From: Macrostomum hystrix
Taxonomy: Eukaryota > Animalia > Platyhelminthes
Direction of reading: 5' to 3'
DNA: 64,000 bases
Assembly (NCBI GenBank): GCA_950097015.1
Contig: CATNEN010000002.1
Span: 5,580,001 to 5,644,000, forward strand
Both the position numbers and the translations under genes were made by a program. Below are positions 1 to 12,408 of the stretch, piece by piece. Position 1 is the first letter of the stretch. Every line of letters begins with the position of its first letter. Below the pieces are notes generated by a model. It was not told where the DNA came from. It made no database searches and saw only the letters and a list, made by a program, of their open reading frames with translations.

Positions 1-44
1 AAATGATGCTTTGATGCCCATAGCACTCTCACAAGTTCACCAGC

Positions 45-490
45 TGGGAATTACTTGGGGGATCTCACTTGGGATTGTGGGGATCACTTGGGATCGTGAG
101 GATCAATTGGGATTGTGGGGATCAATTGGGATTGTGGGGATCTCACTTGGGATCGTGAGGATCAATTGGGATCGTGAGGATCAATTGGGATTGTGGGGAT
201 CAATTGGGATTGTGGGGATCTCACTTGGGATTGTGGGGATCACTTGGGATCGTGAGGATCAATTGGGATTGTGGGGATCACTTGGGATTGTGGGGATCAC
301 TTAGGATTGTTAGGGATTAATAGGGATTGTCGGGGATCACTTAGGGTTGTTAGGGATTAATCGGGATTTTCGGGGATCACTTAGGATTGTTAGGGATTAA
401 TAGGGATTGTCGGGGATCACATAAGATGGTTAGGGATTAATTGGGATTATCGGGGATCACTTAGGATTGGTAGGGATTAATTGGGATTGT
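45..490. repeat. GGGAT-rich ~10/20-bp minisatellite
   Basis: GGGATTGTGG / GGATCACTT units, grading into TTAGGGATTAA units. Confidence 0.85.
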
Positions 491-1194
491 TTTTGGAGTA
501 TTTCTGTGTCTTAGAAATGTAAAAATATATGAAAATTTTTCTTTTTTTCTTGTACAGCGAGTTCCATTATTTCTTATATTTTATTCAAGAACAGTCGTAA
601 TTTAAGTTTATTTAGTACACATTGCACTTCCAAAACATGTTGAGCGTTGTGGCAAATTTTGCTTCCAAGATTCCATGCATAAACCAGTTTTATTTTAAAG
701 CAATTAATTTGAAAATTATATTAAGCAAGCAAATAAAGTTGTGTAAATCATGTAGAAATAAATGGAATTAAACACAAATATAAAATGGACAACAATTGTG
801 CTTAACAAGCGACTAGAAAGTTAATAGTCAAAAGTAAAAATAGGAAAAACGAATGTTTGTTTACTTACAGGCAGTTTAAAATGATGCCCAAAGTTTGGTA
901 AACAAAGACATGGTAAATTTGCTTTGACTAGGCCTGTGGTTGATATGTAACACAAGTGAGGAAATACAATGGCGGCGTGCTCGAAAAAAGTAAGACAAAA
1001 CTGCATTTTCGCTAACTGGAATTCATAATAAGGAATTCTGAACTGCGTTTGCTGACAATTGTAAAAAAATAATTTTCACTATTGCCCTGAAGTTACCGTA
1101 CTTGCTACTTACAGTAGCTAGTTGACGAAAACTTCTGTAGCAAAAATCATTTTCAGCAGTTATTAATTGGGTAGAGGAAGCGAACTGTCACAAT

Positions 1195-1866
1195 AGTCAT
1201 AAACCATTTTGGATAGTCATAAACCATTTTGGGGCAGTCATAAACCATTTTGGATAGTCATAAACCATTTTGGGGCAGTCATAAACCATTTTGGGGCAGT
1301 CATAAACCATTTTGGATAGTCATAAACCATTTTGGGGCAGTCATAAACCATTTTGGGGCAGTCATAAACCATTTTGGGGTAGTCATAAACCATTTTGGGG
1401 TAGTCATAAACAATTTTGGGGCAGTCATAAACCATTTTGGATAGTCATAAACCATTTTGGGGCAGTCATAAACCATTTTGGGGCAGTCATAAACCATTTT
1501 GGGGCAGTCATAAACCATTTTGGGGTAGTCATAAACCATTTTGGGGCAGTCATAAACAATTTTGGGGTTGTCATAAACCATTTTGGGGTTGTCATAAACC
1601 ATTTTGGGGTAGTCATAAACTATTTTGGGGTAGTCATAAACTATTTTGGGGTTGTCATAAACCATTTTGGGGCAGTCATAAACCATTTTGGGGTAGTCAT
1701 AAACTATTTTGGGGTAGTCATAAACCATTTTGGGGTAGTCATAAACCATTTTGGGGTAGTCATAAACCATTTTGGGGCAGTCATAAACAATTTTGGGGTA
1801 GTCATAAACCATTTCTAACAGTCATAAACCATTTCTAACAGTCATAAACCATTTCTAACAGTCATG
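1195..1866. repeat. 21-bp minisatellite (AGTCATAAACCATTTTGGGGC/T)
   Basis: Direct inspection; begins just past the LARGE stop codon. Confidence 0.95.
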
Positions 1867-1873
1867 CTGAGAC

Positions 1874-2278
1874 TCAAGAACCCATCGGTGCTCCAATGTC
1901 GCGCCTGAATGACAGGTATTTGAGCGCCCTGACTCCGTGCTTCTTGGCCAGGTATTTGATGTACTCCACTTTGAGCGTGTTGATGCAGTGTCGGTACTCG
2001 GGAATGAAGCGGAATCTCGCCACATCCAAGCTAGGCGCATGGGGCAGGTGCACAATGAAAGCATTGGGCAGGACTCTGAATGAGAAGCCCAGAATGTCCA
2101 GCTGCATGATGAAGGATACTTTATTCCAGCCGAAGCCGACGAATCTTGTGTCGAAGCGGGCTGAGTCCCTGCCAATCACAACGTAGGGCTCAAAATCTGC
2201 CTGCCAGCTCACCGGGTAGGCCTGTGTAGCAGACTTCCACCTGGTGAAGTCTGTGGCCCGGTGACCCTCGCGAAATAC
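1874..2278 (-). CDS. LARGE: LARGE exon 5 (last coding exon)
   Basis: GHRATDFTRW, WQADFEPYVV, FDTRFVGFGWNKVS, VLPNAFIVHLPHAPSLD; acceptor ccgcag|GTA; stop TGA at 1876-1874. Confidence 0.92.
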   Translation of the reverse strand, partial: VFREGHRATDFTRWKSATQAYPVSWQADFEPYVVIGRDSARFDTRFVGFGWNKVSFIMQLDILGFSFRVLPNAFIVHLPHAPSLDVARFRFIPEYRHCINTLKVEYIKYLAKKHGVRALKYLSFRRDIGAPMGS

Positions 2279-2299
2279 CTGCGGATTCGAGGATGGGGA

Positions 2300-3505
2300 T
2301 AAGAATATATATGAGAACAGGTGTGAGACTAGATATGAGAACAGGTGTGAGACTAGATATGAGAACAGGTGTAAGACTAGATATGAGAACACCCTGTAAA
2401 AAAATCGGCTGCTTCTTCGGCGGGTTTTTTTGCAAAATAGGAGTGGAATCTACCAAAATCCCCTTATCTCGCAAGAGTTAAAGAAACCACCCAGGAAGCA
2501 GCCGATGTAACCGTAAATTGTGCGGAAACCGCCGAAGAATCACCCGAACCAGTGGCCCATGGGACAACCAGAGAATTATTTACGGGCGATTCCTCGGCGG
2601 TTTCTGAGCATGGAATCTTCCGAACTGGAGGATTCTTTGGGTGATTCCATTTCGCCACCAAGAAGCACCGAGAAAACGCCCAGTTGGGTAGATTCTAAGC
2701 ATGGAATCATCCGATTGGTATGTTTCCAGCGTTCGGCTGTTTCTTTTTCTGGAAACACCGCAGATTCCAACTGGAATCACCCAAAGAAACATCCTTATTT
2801 TTTAGCGGGCAGGCGTAAAACTAGATATGAGAACAGGTGTAAGACTAGATATGAGAACAGGTATGAGACTAGATATGAGAACATGTGTAAGACTAGATAT
2901 GAGAACAGGTGTGAGACTAGATATGAGACCAGGCGTAAGACTAGATATGAGAACAGGTGTGAGACTAGATATGAGAACAGGCGTAAGACTAGATATGAGA
3001 ACAGGTATGAGACTAGATATGAGAACAGGTGTAAGACTAGATATGAGAACAGGTGTGAGACTAGATATGAGAACAGGTGTGAGACTAGATATGATAACAG
3101 GTGTGAGACTAGATATGAGACTAGATTTAAGACTAGATTTGAGACCAGATATGAGACTACATATGAGACTAGATATGAGACTAGATATGAGACTAGATTT
3201 GAGACTAGATTTGAGACTAGATATGAGACTAGATATGAGACAAGACAAGATAAGAGACGAGATATATTATAGTACATATGAGACTAGTATGAGACTATAT
3301 ATGAGACTAGATATAAGACTAGATATGAGACTAGATATGAGACAAGACAAGATAAGAGACGAGATATATTATAGTACATATGAGACTAGATATGAGACTA
3401 GATATGAGACAAGACAAGATAAGAGACGAGATATATTATAGTACATATGAGACTAGTATGAGACTTATATGAGAACATGTGTGAGACTAGATATGAGACT
3501 AGAAA
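2300..3505. repeat. 24/12-bp minisatellite (GAGACTAGATATGAGAACAGGTGT)
   Basis: Fills LARGE intron 4; interrupted by the MITE at 2392-2809. Confidence 0.93.
2392..2809. mobile_element. Non-autonomous CACTA/CMC-like element (418 bp) inserted in a minisatellite in LARGE intron 4
   Basis: CCC...GGG ends, imperfect 17-bp TIR, 2-bp TSD CA; removing it restores the host repeat unit; subterminal repeats in both orientations. Confidence 0.72.
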
Positions 3506-3542
3506 TGAGAAAAGGTGAGAATACAGGTAATCAAGCCCTTAC

Positions 3543-3660
3543 CTCCTGTCGGAAGGGCACAATTTCGCCCAGATTCAATCGGCCCAGCAGGTCGGCTTTG
3601 CTATTTGGAAATCTCAGCTTATACTGAAAGGTCTCAAAAGCTGGCACAATCAGGGCCACT

Positions 3661-3699
<39 letters not shown>

Positions 3700-3887
3700 G
3701 ATATCCTGGCAATCTCAGCGCGCAGATGCTCGTAAAGTCCCAGGCTGGGCAAAAAATCGAAGTCGAGAAGGAAAACAAAATCTGTCTGGGCATTCTCCAT
3801 GGCGATGTTGCGCAGGCGATTCACCGGATAGAACTGGCCCTCCTTCATCAGCAGGTGGTAGGCGATGTTCCTGCGGTGCCGCAGAAC
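3543..3887 (-). CDS. LARGE: LARGE exon 4 (GT49 glucuronyltransferase domain)
   Basis: RNIAYHLLMKEGQFYPVNRLRN, DxD motif FLLDFDFLP, ALIVPAFET; acceptor gcacag|GTT, donor GAG|GTAAGG. Confidence 0.92.
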
Positions 3888-3919
3888 CTGTGCGAGTGGG
3901 CCATTTTTAATGAGGATCC

Positions 3920-4960
3920 GGGATTTGGAATTAGAATCTAGGATTTAGAAGGAAGATATAAATGGTATCTATGATTTAGAATGGGGATCTGGGATTTAGA
4001 ATGGGGATTTAGAATGAGGATATGGGATAAAGAAGGGGATCTGGGATGTAGTTAGGGGATATGGGATTTAGAATGGGGTTTAGAATGGGAATGGGGTGGG
4101 ATGGGATTTAGAATAGGGATTTAGAATCTGGGATTTAGAATAGGGATTTAGAGGGGATATGGGCTGTAGAAAGGGGATATGAGATTCGGAATGGGAATCT
4201 GGGACTCAGAATGGGGATCTGGGATTTAGAATGGTGATTTAGAGCGGGATATGGGATGTAGAAAGGGGATATGGGATTTAGAATGGGGTTTAAAATAGAA
4301 ATGGGATGGGATTTAGAATCTGGGATTCAGAATGGTGATTTAGAGCGGGATATGGGATGTAGAAAGGGGATATGAGATTCGGAATGGGAATCTGGGACTC
4401 AGAATGGGGATCTGGGATTTAGAATGGTGATTTAGAGCGGGATATGGGATGTAGAAAGGGGATATGGGATTTAGAATGGGGTTTAAAATAGAAATGGGAT
4501 GGGATTTAGAATCTGGGATTCAGAATGGTGATTTAGAGCGGGATATGGGATGTAGAAAGGGGATATGAGATTCGGAATGGGAATCTGGGACTCAGAATGG
4601 GGATCTGGGATTTAGAATGGGGATTTAGAATGAGGATATGAGATATAGAAGCGGATCTGGGATGCAGTTAGGGGATATGGGATTTAGAATAATGGGGTTT
4701 AGAATGGGAATGGGATGGGATGGGATTTAAAATGGATTTAGAATCTGGGATTCAGATTTACAAAGGATATAAGAGATTTATAATGGGGTTTAAAATGAAA
4801 ATGGGATGGGATTTAGAATCTGGGATTCAGAAAGGGGATTTAGAAGGGGTTTATGGGATGTAGAAAGGGTATATGGGATTTAGAATCTGGGACTCAGAAT
4901 GGGGATCTAGGACTAAAAATGGGATCTAGGACTAACAATGGGATCTAGGATTTAGAAAAG
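3920..4960. repeat. Degenerate GGGATTTAGAAT minisatellite with block duplications
   Basis: Fills LARGE intron 3. Confidence 0.88.
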
Positions 4961-5000
4961 GGATCAGTAGGGGATGAAGCAGCAGCAGTCGCCAGCAGAC

Positions 5001-5591
5001 CTGGGAGGATTCCACAAAGCTGGCCAGCTGATGAGCCTCAGAGTCGGTGACATAGACGCACAAGCTGATTGGCCCGGCCCAGTGACGAGATAGACTCTCC
5101 AGCAGCTGCACCCGGTCCAGGCTGAGCTGGCTCACCAGGGTGACATCGTTGGCTCCCTGAGCAGTGTAGTTATAATCCAGATAGAACAGGTGAGTCCTGC
5201 GTGTGAGCTGCTGCTCAGACCGCATCTCGTAGCACTCGTCGCCGGAGTTGATGCCGGAGCTGCCGGCGCCATCGTCGCCGACCCCGGCGCTGCTAGAATC
5301 GTCGGCGTCGCCTGGTTCATCTGGACAGGCGAAGAGTCGGCGACGCAGCAGGCCTCCGTCATAGTCCAGGTAAGTCATGTACAAGGTGTGGAAATGTTGC
5401 GCAAACTTGTGCCTCCGGGCACCCCACACTTTCAGGGGCGAATTCCAATGGAGGATGCGAATTTTAGGCAGATTAGCGGGGGATTTGTAGCACAGTTCAG
5501 GCCGAGTGTGATCCCCCAGCTGCACATTCCAGTAGCAGGGAATTCTGTACAACAGAGACGGGTTGCTGCGAACCACCGCGTTGATCACATC
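5001..5591 (-). CDS. LARGE: LARGE exon 3 (end of GT8 domain, linker, start of GT49 domain)
   Basis: DVINAVV..P.L...PC.WNVQL, ILHWNSPLK, ECYEMR, DVTLVSQLSLDRVQLLE...W.GPISL; acceptor tcgcag|GAT, donor CAG|GTCTGC; phase 0 at both ends. Confidence 0.92.
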
Positions 5592-5658
5592 CTGCGATGA
5601 AGCAATGTGGACTGGAAAGCTTGTTCTCAAGATACTGTATAATCAAAATGTCAATATC

Positions 5659-7697
5659 AGCTAATCACAGTCAGCTGGTCACACAGTCAGCTGATCACAT
5701 AGTTAGCTGGTCACACAGTCAGCTGATCACACAGTCAGCTGGTCACACAGTCAGCTGGTCACACAGTCAGCTGATCACACAGTCAGCTGGTCACACAGTC
5801 AACTGGTCACACAGCCAGCTGGTCACACAGTCAGCTGATCACACAGTCAGCTGGTCACACAGTCAGCTGGTCACACAGTCAGCTGGTCACACAGTCAGCT
5901 GATCACACAGTCAGCTGGTCACACAGTCAGCTGGTCACACAGCCAGCTGGTCACACAGTCAGCTGATCACACAGTCAGCTGGTCACACAGTCACTTGATC
6001 ACACAGTCAGCTGGTCACACAGTCAGCTGGTCACACAGTCAGCTGGTCACACAGTCAGCTAATCACACAGTCAGCTGGTCACACAGTCCGCTGATCCAAC
6101 AGTTAGCTGGTCACACAGTCAGCTGATAACACAGTCAGCTGATCACACAGTCAGCTGGTCACACAGTCAGCTGATAACACAGTCAGCTGGTCACACAGTC
6201 AGCTGGTCACACAGTCAGCTGATCACACAGTCAGCTAATCACACAGTCAGCTGATCACACAGTCACCTGATCACACAGTCAGCTGGTCACACAGTCAGCT
6301 GATCACACAGTCACCTGATCACACAGTCAGCTGGTCACACAGTCAGCTGATCACACAGTCAGCTGATCACACAGTCAGCTAATCACACAGTCAGCTGATC
6401 ACACAGTCAGCTGATCACACAGTCAGCTGATCACACAGCCAGCTGGTCACACAGTCAGCTGATCACACAGTCAGCTGGTCACACAGTCAGCTGATCACAC
6501 AGTCAGCTGATCACACAGTCAGCTGATCACACAGTCAGCTGATCACACAGTCAGCTGATCACACAGCCAGCTGGTCACACAGTCAGCTGATCACACAGTC
6601 AGCTGATCACACAGTCAGCTGATCACACAGTCAGCTGATCACACAGTCAGCTGGTCACACAGTCAGCTGATCACACAGTCAGCTGATCACAGTCAGCTGG
6701 TCACACAGTCAGCTGATCACACAGTCAGCTGGTCACACAGTCAGCTGGTCACACAGTCAGCTGGTCACACAGTCAGCTGGTCACACAGTCAGCTGGTCAC
6801 ACAGTCAGCTGATCACACAGTCAGCTGGTCACACAGTCAGCTGGTCACACAGTCAGCTGATCACACAGTTAGCTGGTCACACAGTCAGCTGATCACACAG
6901 TCAGCTGGTCACAGTCAGCTGATCACACAGTCAGCTGGTCACACAGTCACTTGATCACACAGTCAGCTGGTCACACAGTCAGCTGGTCACACAGTCAGCT
7001 AATCACACAGTCAGTTGGTCACACAGTCCGCTGATCACACAGTCAGCTGGTCACAGTTAGCTGGTCACACAGTCAGCTGATCACATAGTCAGCTGATAAC
7101 ACAGTCAGCTGATCACACAGTCAGCTGATCACACAGTCAGTTGATCACACAGTCAGCTGATCACATAGTCAGCTGATAACACAGTCAGCTGATCACACAG
7201 TCAGCTGATCACACAGTCAGCTGATCACACAGTCAGCTGATCACACAGTCAGCTGGTCACACAGTCAGCTGGTCACACAGTCAGCTGATCACACAGTTAG
7301 CTGGTCACACAGTCAGCTGATCACACAGTCAGCTGGTCACAGTCAGCTGATCACACAGTCAGCTGGTCACACAGTCACTTGATCACACAGTTAGCTGGTC
7401 ACACAGTCAGCTGGTCACACAGTCAGCTGGTCACACAGTCAGCTGATCACACAGTCAGCTGATCACACAGTCAGCTGATCACACAGTCAGCTAATCACAC
7501 GGTCAGCTGATCACACAGTCAGCTGGTCACACAGTCAGCTGGTCACAGTCAGCTGATCACACAGTCAGCTGATCACACAGTCAGCTGATCACACAGTCAG
7601 CTGGTCACACAGTCAGCTGGTCACACAGTCAGCTGATCACACAGTCAGCTGGTCACACAGTCAGCTGATCACACAGTCAGCTGATAACACAGTCAGC
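5659..7697. repeat. 14-bp minisatellite (CACAGTCAGCTGAT/GGT), ~145 copies
   Basis: Fills LARGE intron 2. Confidence 0.96.
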
Positions 7698-7701
7698 TCA
7701 C

Positions 7702-8082
7702 CTGGTCAGCCAGCTGTGCGGGTCCGTGCTTGGCTGCGCAGTCCCTGGCAATCTGTGGCCAGCGCTTGTCCCAGCCCCAGGCCCGCAGTCTGGCCAAGTG
7801 CATCAGCATGACGCCAGTGTTGAAGCCGCGGCCCAGTGATGGCCAGACGCCAGTCTTGCCAGTCAGGTACCAGTCTGACAGGTTGTCGGCCAGCCCAATG
7901 GCCGGGTTGGGCCGCTTGGTCAGCTGATCGAACAGCAGCCACAGCTGCGCTGGATCAGCTGTGGCTGCCACGTCAGTATCCAGCACAATCACCCGATCCA
8001 GTGAGGCGGGCAGCACTGACGGCAGTGTAAGCTTCAGAAGGCCATAGACACCGGAGTAGTGAGTGCTGGTTAACCAGCTCAC
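7702..8082 (-). CDS. LARGE: LARGE exon 2 (GT8 xylosyltransferase domain)
   Basis: VSWLTSTHYSGVYGLLKL, DxD motif VIVLDTD, GFNTGVML, LADQ; acceptor cctcag|GTG and donor CAG|GTGAGC. Confidence 0.92.
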
Positions 8083-8189
8083 CTGAGGCATGTGAGGGGA
8101 GATAGTTGTGGATTAATTCTGAGGATTTCAGAGATTTCATTTTTAACATTTTCACGACTTTTAATTCTCATAGATAAGTGAGTCATATT

Positions 8190-9030
8190 TTTCAGAGTCC
8201 CATTTAGGATTCTAAGTCTTCTTCAGAGTCAGAGATCCCATTAAGGGATTCTAAGTCTTCTTCAGAGTCAGAGAACCCATTTAGGATTCTAATTCTTCTT
8301 CAGAGTCAGAGAACCCATTTAGGATTCTAAGTCTTCTTCAGAGTCAGAGATCCCATTTAGGGATTATAAGTTTTCATCAGAGTCAGAGATCCCATTTAGG
8401 GATTATAAGTTTTCATCAGAGTCAGAGATCCCATTTAGGGATCATAAGTCTTCTTCAGAGCCAGAGATCCCATTTAGGGATTATAAGTCTTCTTCAGAGT
8501 CAGAGAACCCATTTAGGATTCTAAGTCTTCTTCAGAGTCAGAGATCCCATTTAGGGATTATAAGTTTTCATCAGAGTCAGAGATCCCATTTAGGGATTAT
8601 AAGTTTTCATCAGAGTCAGAGATCCCATTTAGGGATCATAAGTCTTCTTCAGAGCCAGAGATCCCATTTAGGGATTATAAGTTTTCATCAGAGTCAGAGA
8701 TCCCATTTAGGGATCATAAGTCTTCTTCAGAGCCAGAGATCCCATTTAGGGATTATAACTATTTTCAGAGTCAGAGATCCCATTTAGGGATTCTAAGTCT
8801 TTTTCAGAGTCAGCGATCCCATTTAGGGATTCTAAGTCTTCTTCAGAGTCAGAGATCCCATTTAGGGATTCTAAGTCTTTTTCAGAGTCAGAGATCCCAT
8901 TTAGGGATTATAAGTTTTCATCAGAGTCAGAGATCCCATTTAGGGATTATAAGTTTTCATCAGAGTCAGAGATCCCATTTAGGGATCATAAGTCTTCTTC
9001 AGAGTCAGAGATCCCATTTAAGGATTCTTA
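8190..9030. repeat. ~39-bp minisatellite (CAGAGTCAGAGATCCCATTTAGGGATTATAAGTTTTCAT)
   Basis: Fills LARGE intron 1. Confidence 0.93.
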
Positions 9031-9203
9031 AGCAATCTTCCCATCCCAGAAATTAAAACCCTATTATGGGATATTGGAGTTTTTTCTTCCCAAATTTAAT
9101 CTACGGGGTACAGGTACGGATATCAGAGAAATCTAAACTCTAATCTACGGATTACAGCCACGGATTATACAATAACCAATTGATTTTCGCTGCCGACACC
9201 AAC

Positions 9204-9629
9204 CTTAGCTGTGTCCATACTATAATAGGCCACTCTCAGGTGGGGAATTCTCCAAGTGCGGAACAGAGTTCTCAGCACCTGACCAGCCAGACCAGTGGTG
9301 ACCAGGTGCAGGTGAACCGGTGTGGACCGGTGAAATAGAACACTCTTGACCACTGTCACGGCGTAGCGCGTGGCAGCCTGGCCGCCAATGATGAGGGCCA
9401 GGTGAATCCACTCACAGCTGGCCAACTGTTGCAGTTGGACAGCTGTTGCATTGCTCTCAACTGCGGCACTGCCAGCAATGTCGCACTGGCAGTCTCTGTT
9501 ATTGACAGGTGGGTAAGCTCCATCAGGGTTGCCAAGGCGAACAAGTGAGAACAGGCAGAGTAGGCAGCAGCCTGCTAGCAGGGCGGTCAGGAGCCGACCC
9601 CGCCTACGCACTGAGAATGGAAATCTCAT
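9204..9629 (-). CDS. LARGE: LARGE xylosyl-/glucuronyltransferase, coding exon 1 of 5 (exons 9204-9629, 7702-8082, 5001-5591, 3543-3887, 1874-2278; ~715 aa)
   Basis: ATG at 9629; type II membrane anchor (RRRGRLLTALLAGCCLLCLFSLV); LARGE-like CEWIHLALI...VVKSVLFHRSTPVHLHLV; donor AAG|GTTGGT at 9204/9203. Confidence 0.88.
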
Positions 9630-12044
9630 GATGCCATGGTCACTGAGGGTGCATGGCAGCAGGACTCAATGATTATGGAAGCCTGGAATACAAATAATAA
9701 TTGGCAAGTAAAATCAAAGTGTATCAAAGTAGCTAATAATAGAGTAGCCAACGTTTTCAGGAATATCTAATCAGATTAAAGTTATGCTTTCAATATTTAA
9801 ACTCTTATAGAAGTTTAACATGTTTCTACATTTAAGAGTATACAAATTGAACTTAAAATATTAGGTTAAACACTACAATAAATATTAATGAAAAATATAC
9901 ATATTTAGATATGTATTAAAAATGATATAGTTTTACCATATTAACTAGAGCTTTATCTAAGAGTTAAAAGTAAGAAAAATGTTTATTTTTAGTTTGCTTG
10001 TACTCTAAATTTCAATAAATATTTAATTATAACAAACTATTATAACAGGGCTTATGACTCTTCTTTTACCTCTCTTGGTAGCGTATTCTTCTGGCCTCCT
10101 TTGCCACTTATTTCTCTCTCTAACTCTTTGTATTCTCCCTTAAATCTTATCTTGGTGACCCTGAAAAGGGCCGTTTTAACTCCACAACTCTTATGTTGTG
10201 AGCTTCGCTTAAGGTAGCGCTATTGCACTAGCACGAGTGGTTTATCCTTCTAATCTAAGGCACTAGGTCTCTTATTCTCCAGTCTCAGCTGGGCGTTTCT
10301 CCAGGATCAGAGGGTCACAGCCTCAATCTTTGTCTTATCTCCACACTAGACAATATCTCCTTATTAAATAACACAACAAGTTCACTTATTCAAAGGGTGC
10401 TACTCAGTTGTTGCCTTTCTTGGCTCACTGGCGGTATTATTTCTAGTCACAAAATTTCTCACTTATATAGTGCTTTTAAGATTTGTTTTAATACCATAAA
10501 TTATTTTACCAAAATAAAAAAATTATTTGTTAAAATTTGTATCACGCAGAAATATAAAAATATAATTAAGATACACTGTATAGCGCAAAAATAATATTGG
10601 ACTGTCACACTATAATTAGTTATTAGTTATTAACAAACTAATAATACTATTCCTATTAGTATTATATATTGAAACTAGCTATTGAAGTACTATACTTAGG
10701 ATCATGTAGGATACCTATAGAAACTAAAGAATTTTGTTTAGTCAAGACTAAAAGCACAAAAAATCCAGTATAATGTATGTGATCGAGTTTATAGAAAATG
10801 GTAGCTAATATAACTAATTGTATTAGTTTTAATTTAAATATATGATTAGGCCCTGGCCATAGCCCATATACAATGACAAGGTTTACAAAAAGCCATATTT
10901 GAATTTGTGATTAAAATGTAATACTTTATTATAGCTTACTTATTGGTCAGCTTAGTCAATATGTTGATTTGAACACAATATATTTTTCCAAGAAATATAA
11001 ATTAAGGAACCTTTCAGCCCTGCTTAACAAATATCGGCCTACTAGCCTCATGTCTAACAATATATACTCAGTTAGCAACTATCCACTATCTACTATCCAC
11101 TAGGCCTAACAAAAACTGATATTTTTTAAGGCTTGTTTTGTCCTTGAACTGATTGGCTATGCTTGAATTGATCACACAACTGTTTAAAATATTAAATATT
11201 TTCATTAAAAAATACTAGTCAGGGTAGTATGTCAATAGTCTAGTGTAGTACAGTAGTGTTGCACAGTAGTAATGTGGATAATAGGGGAATAAAATTACTA
11301 AAAGGTATAGGACTGAAAAGACTTAAAAAATAACTATACTACATACATGCATCTGCAGTTTTTATGGAAGAGAAGATTATTATGATACTTATTAGAAAAC
11401 GAGTTTAGTTACCTTTGAAACATAAAAATACAAGTAACAGGGAGCGAAAACAACAAAGGGACAGAATTTCAATTTCACAACAGTTACAAAAAGGTTATTT
11501 AATTATTTTGCTATATATATAATGAGACTATCGCAACAAAACAAAGGTCTTGTGTTGCTTCACAACGCCTGTCAACGGCAAAGTTTAGTTAGGGTCAGTA
11601 AGAATAAAAATACGAGTATATAGGCCTATCCCCAAATTTATATATATCGAACTAATTATTGGAAATCTAATTTAATCTTAAATGAGAGCTTAATTGTGAT
11701 TTCTCGGAAAATGACATAAACTTTTGTTTCTTCTTAAGTGTGGCAGTTTACGACTTAAACATTGAGTTAACTGGTATTAAATGTAACTGTGAATCACAAA
11801 AATCACAAATGTACTGAAATAATCTGATGCTGTGGTGAGATCGCTAGTTAATCGGCTTGGTTCGAATCTCGTTGGCTGATTACATGCGATGGACGTTATC
11901 AAATTCCTTTTTGCCATATAAACCAGTAGACGAATGAACAAGTGTCAACGCAGATTGGCAATCCAATTAACTAGCTAGTTCAGTTAGTTAGAAGGCAGTG
12001 TGTCTCTTCTAAAGGTTTTGTGCAACTCTTTAGTTAGGGGACTT

Positions 12045-12240
12045 AGTTAGACTGGGGATCAGGCCGCGCAAACCATTCCACATTTCTACCTCAGCTGCAC
12101 GAGGCTGGTACCCATTTCACAGCTGAGTGAAATAAAGCAATGGGGAACTGAGTGTATTACTTAAGGACACAAATTGACTTATTTGATTCGAACTTACGAC
12201 TTTTCAGTCAGAAGTCCGAGGAACTGCGAATGCTAAGGAC
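12045..12240 (-). mobile_element. tRNA-derived SINE-like relic
   Basis: Minus strand shows B-box GTTCGAATC followed by TGTGTCCTTAAGTAATACACT and CAGCTGTGAAATGGGTACC, which resemble conserved SINE central domains. Confidence 0.45.
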
Positions 12241-12408
12241 TTAAATGTTTCCTCGACAAGCAGGATTTGTTATCATCAAAGAAATTTACATGTCGATGAA
12301 CCTCGTCTATTTTAATGTCAAATGACATTCAAAATTAAAGGATGCTCGCATAATGGCAATATCTCGGTTCGCATGTCGCTTGTCTTGATCGAGTTAAATA
12401 AAATCAAT

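Noticed and set aside
9660-11900. AT-rich intergenic block, including a possible retroelement remnant at ~10060-10390
   Set aside because: I could not support any ORF, terminal repeat or second copy from the sequence alone.
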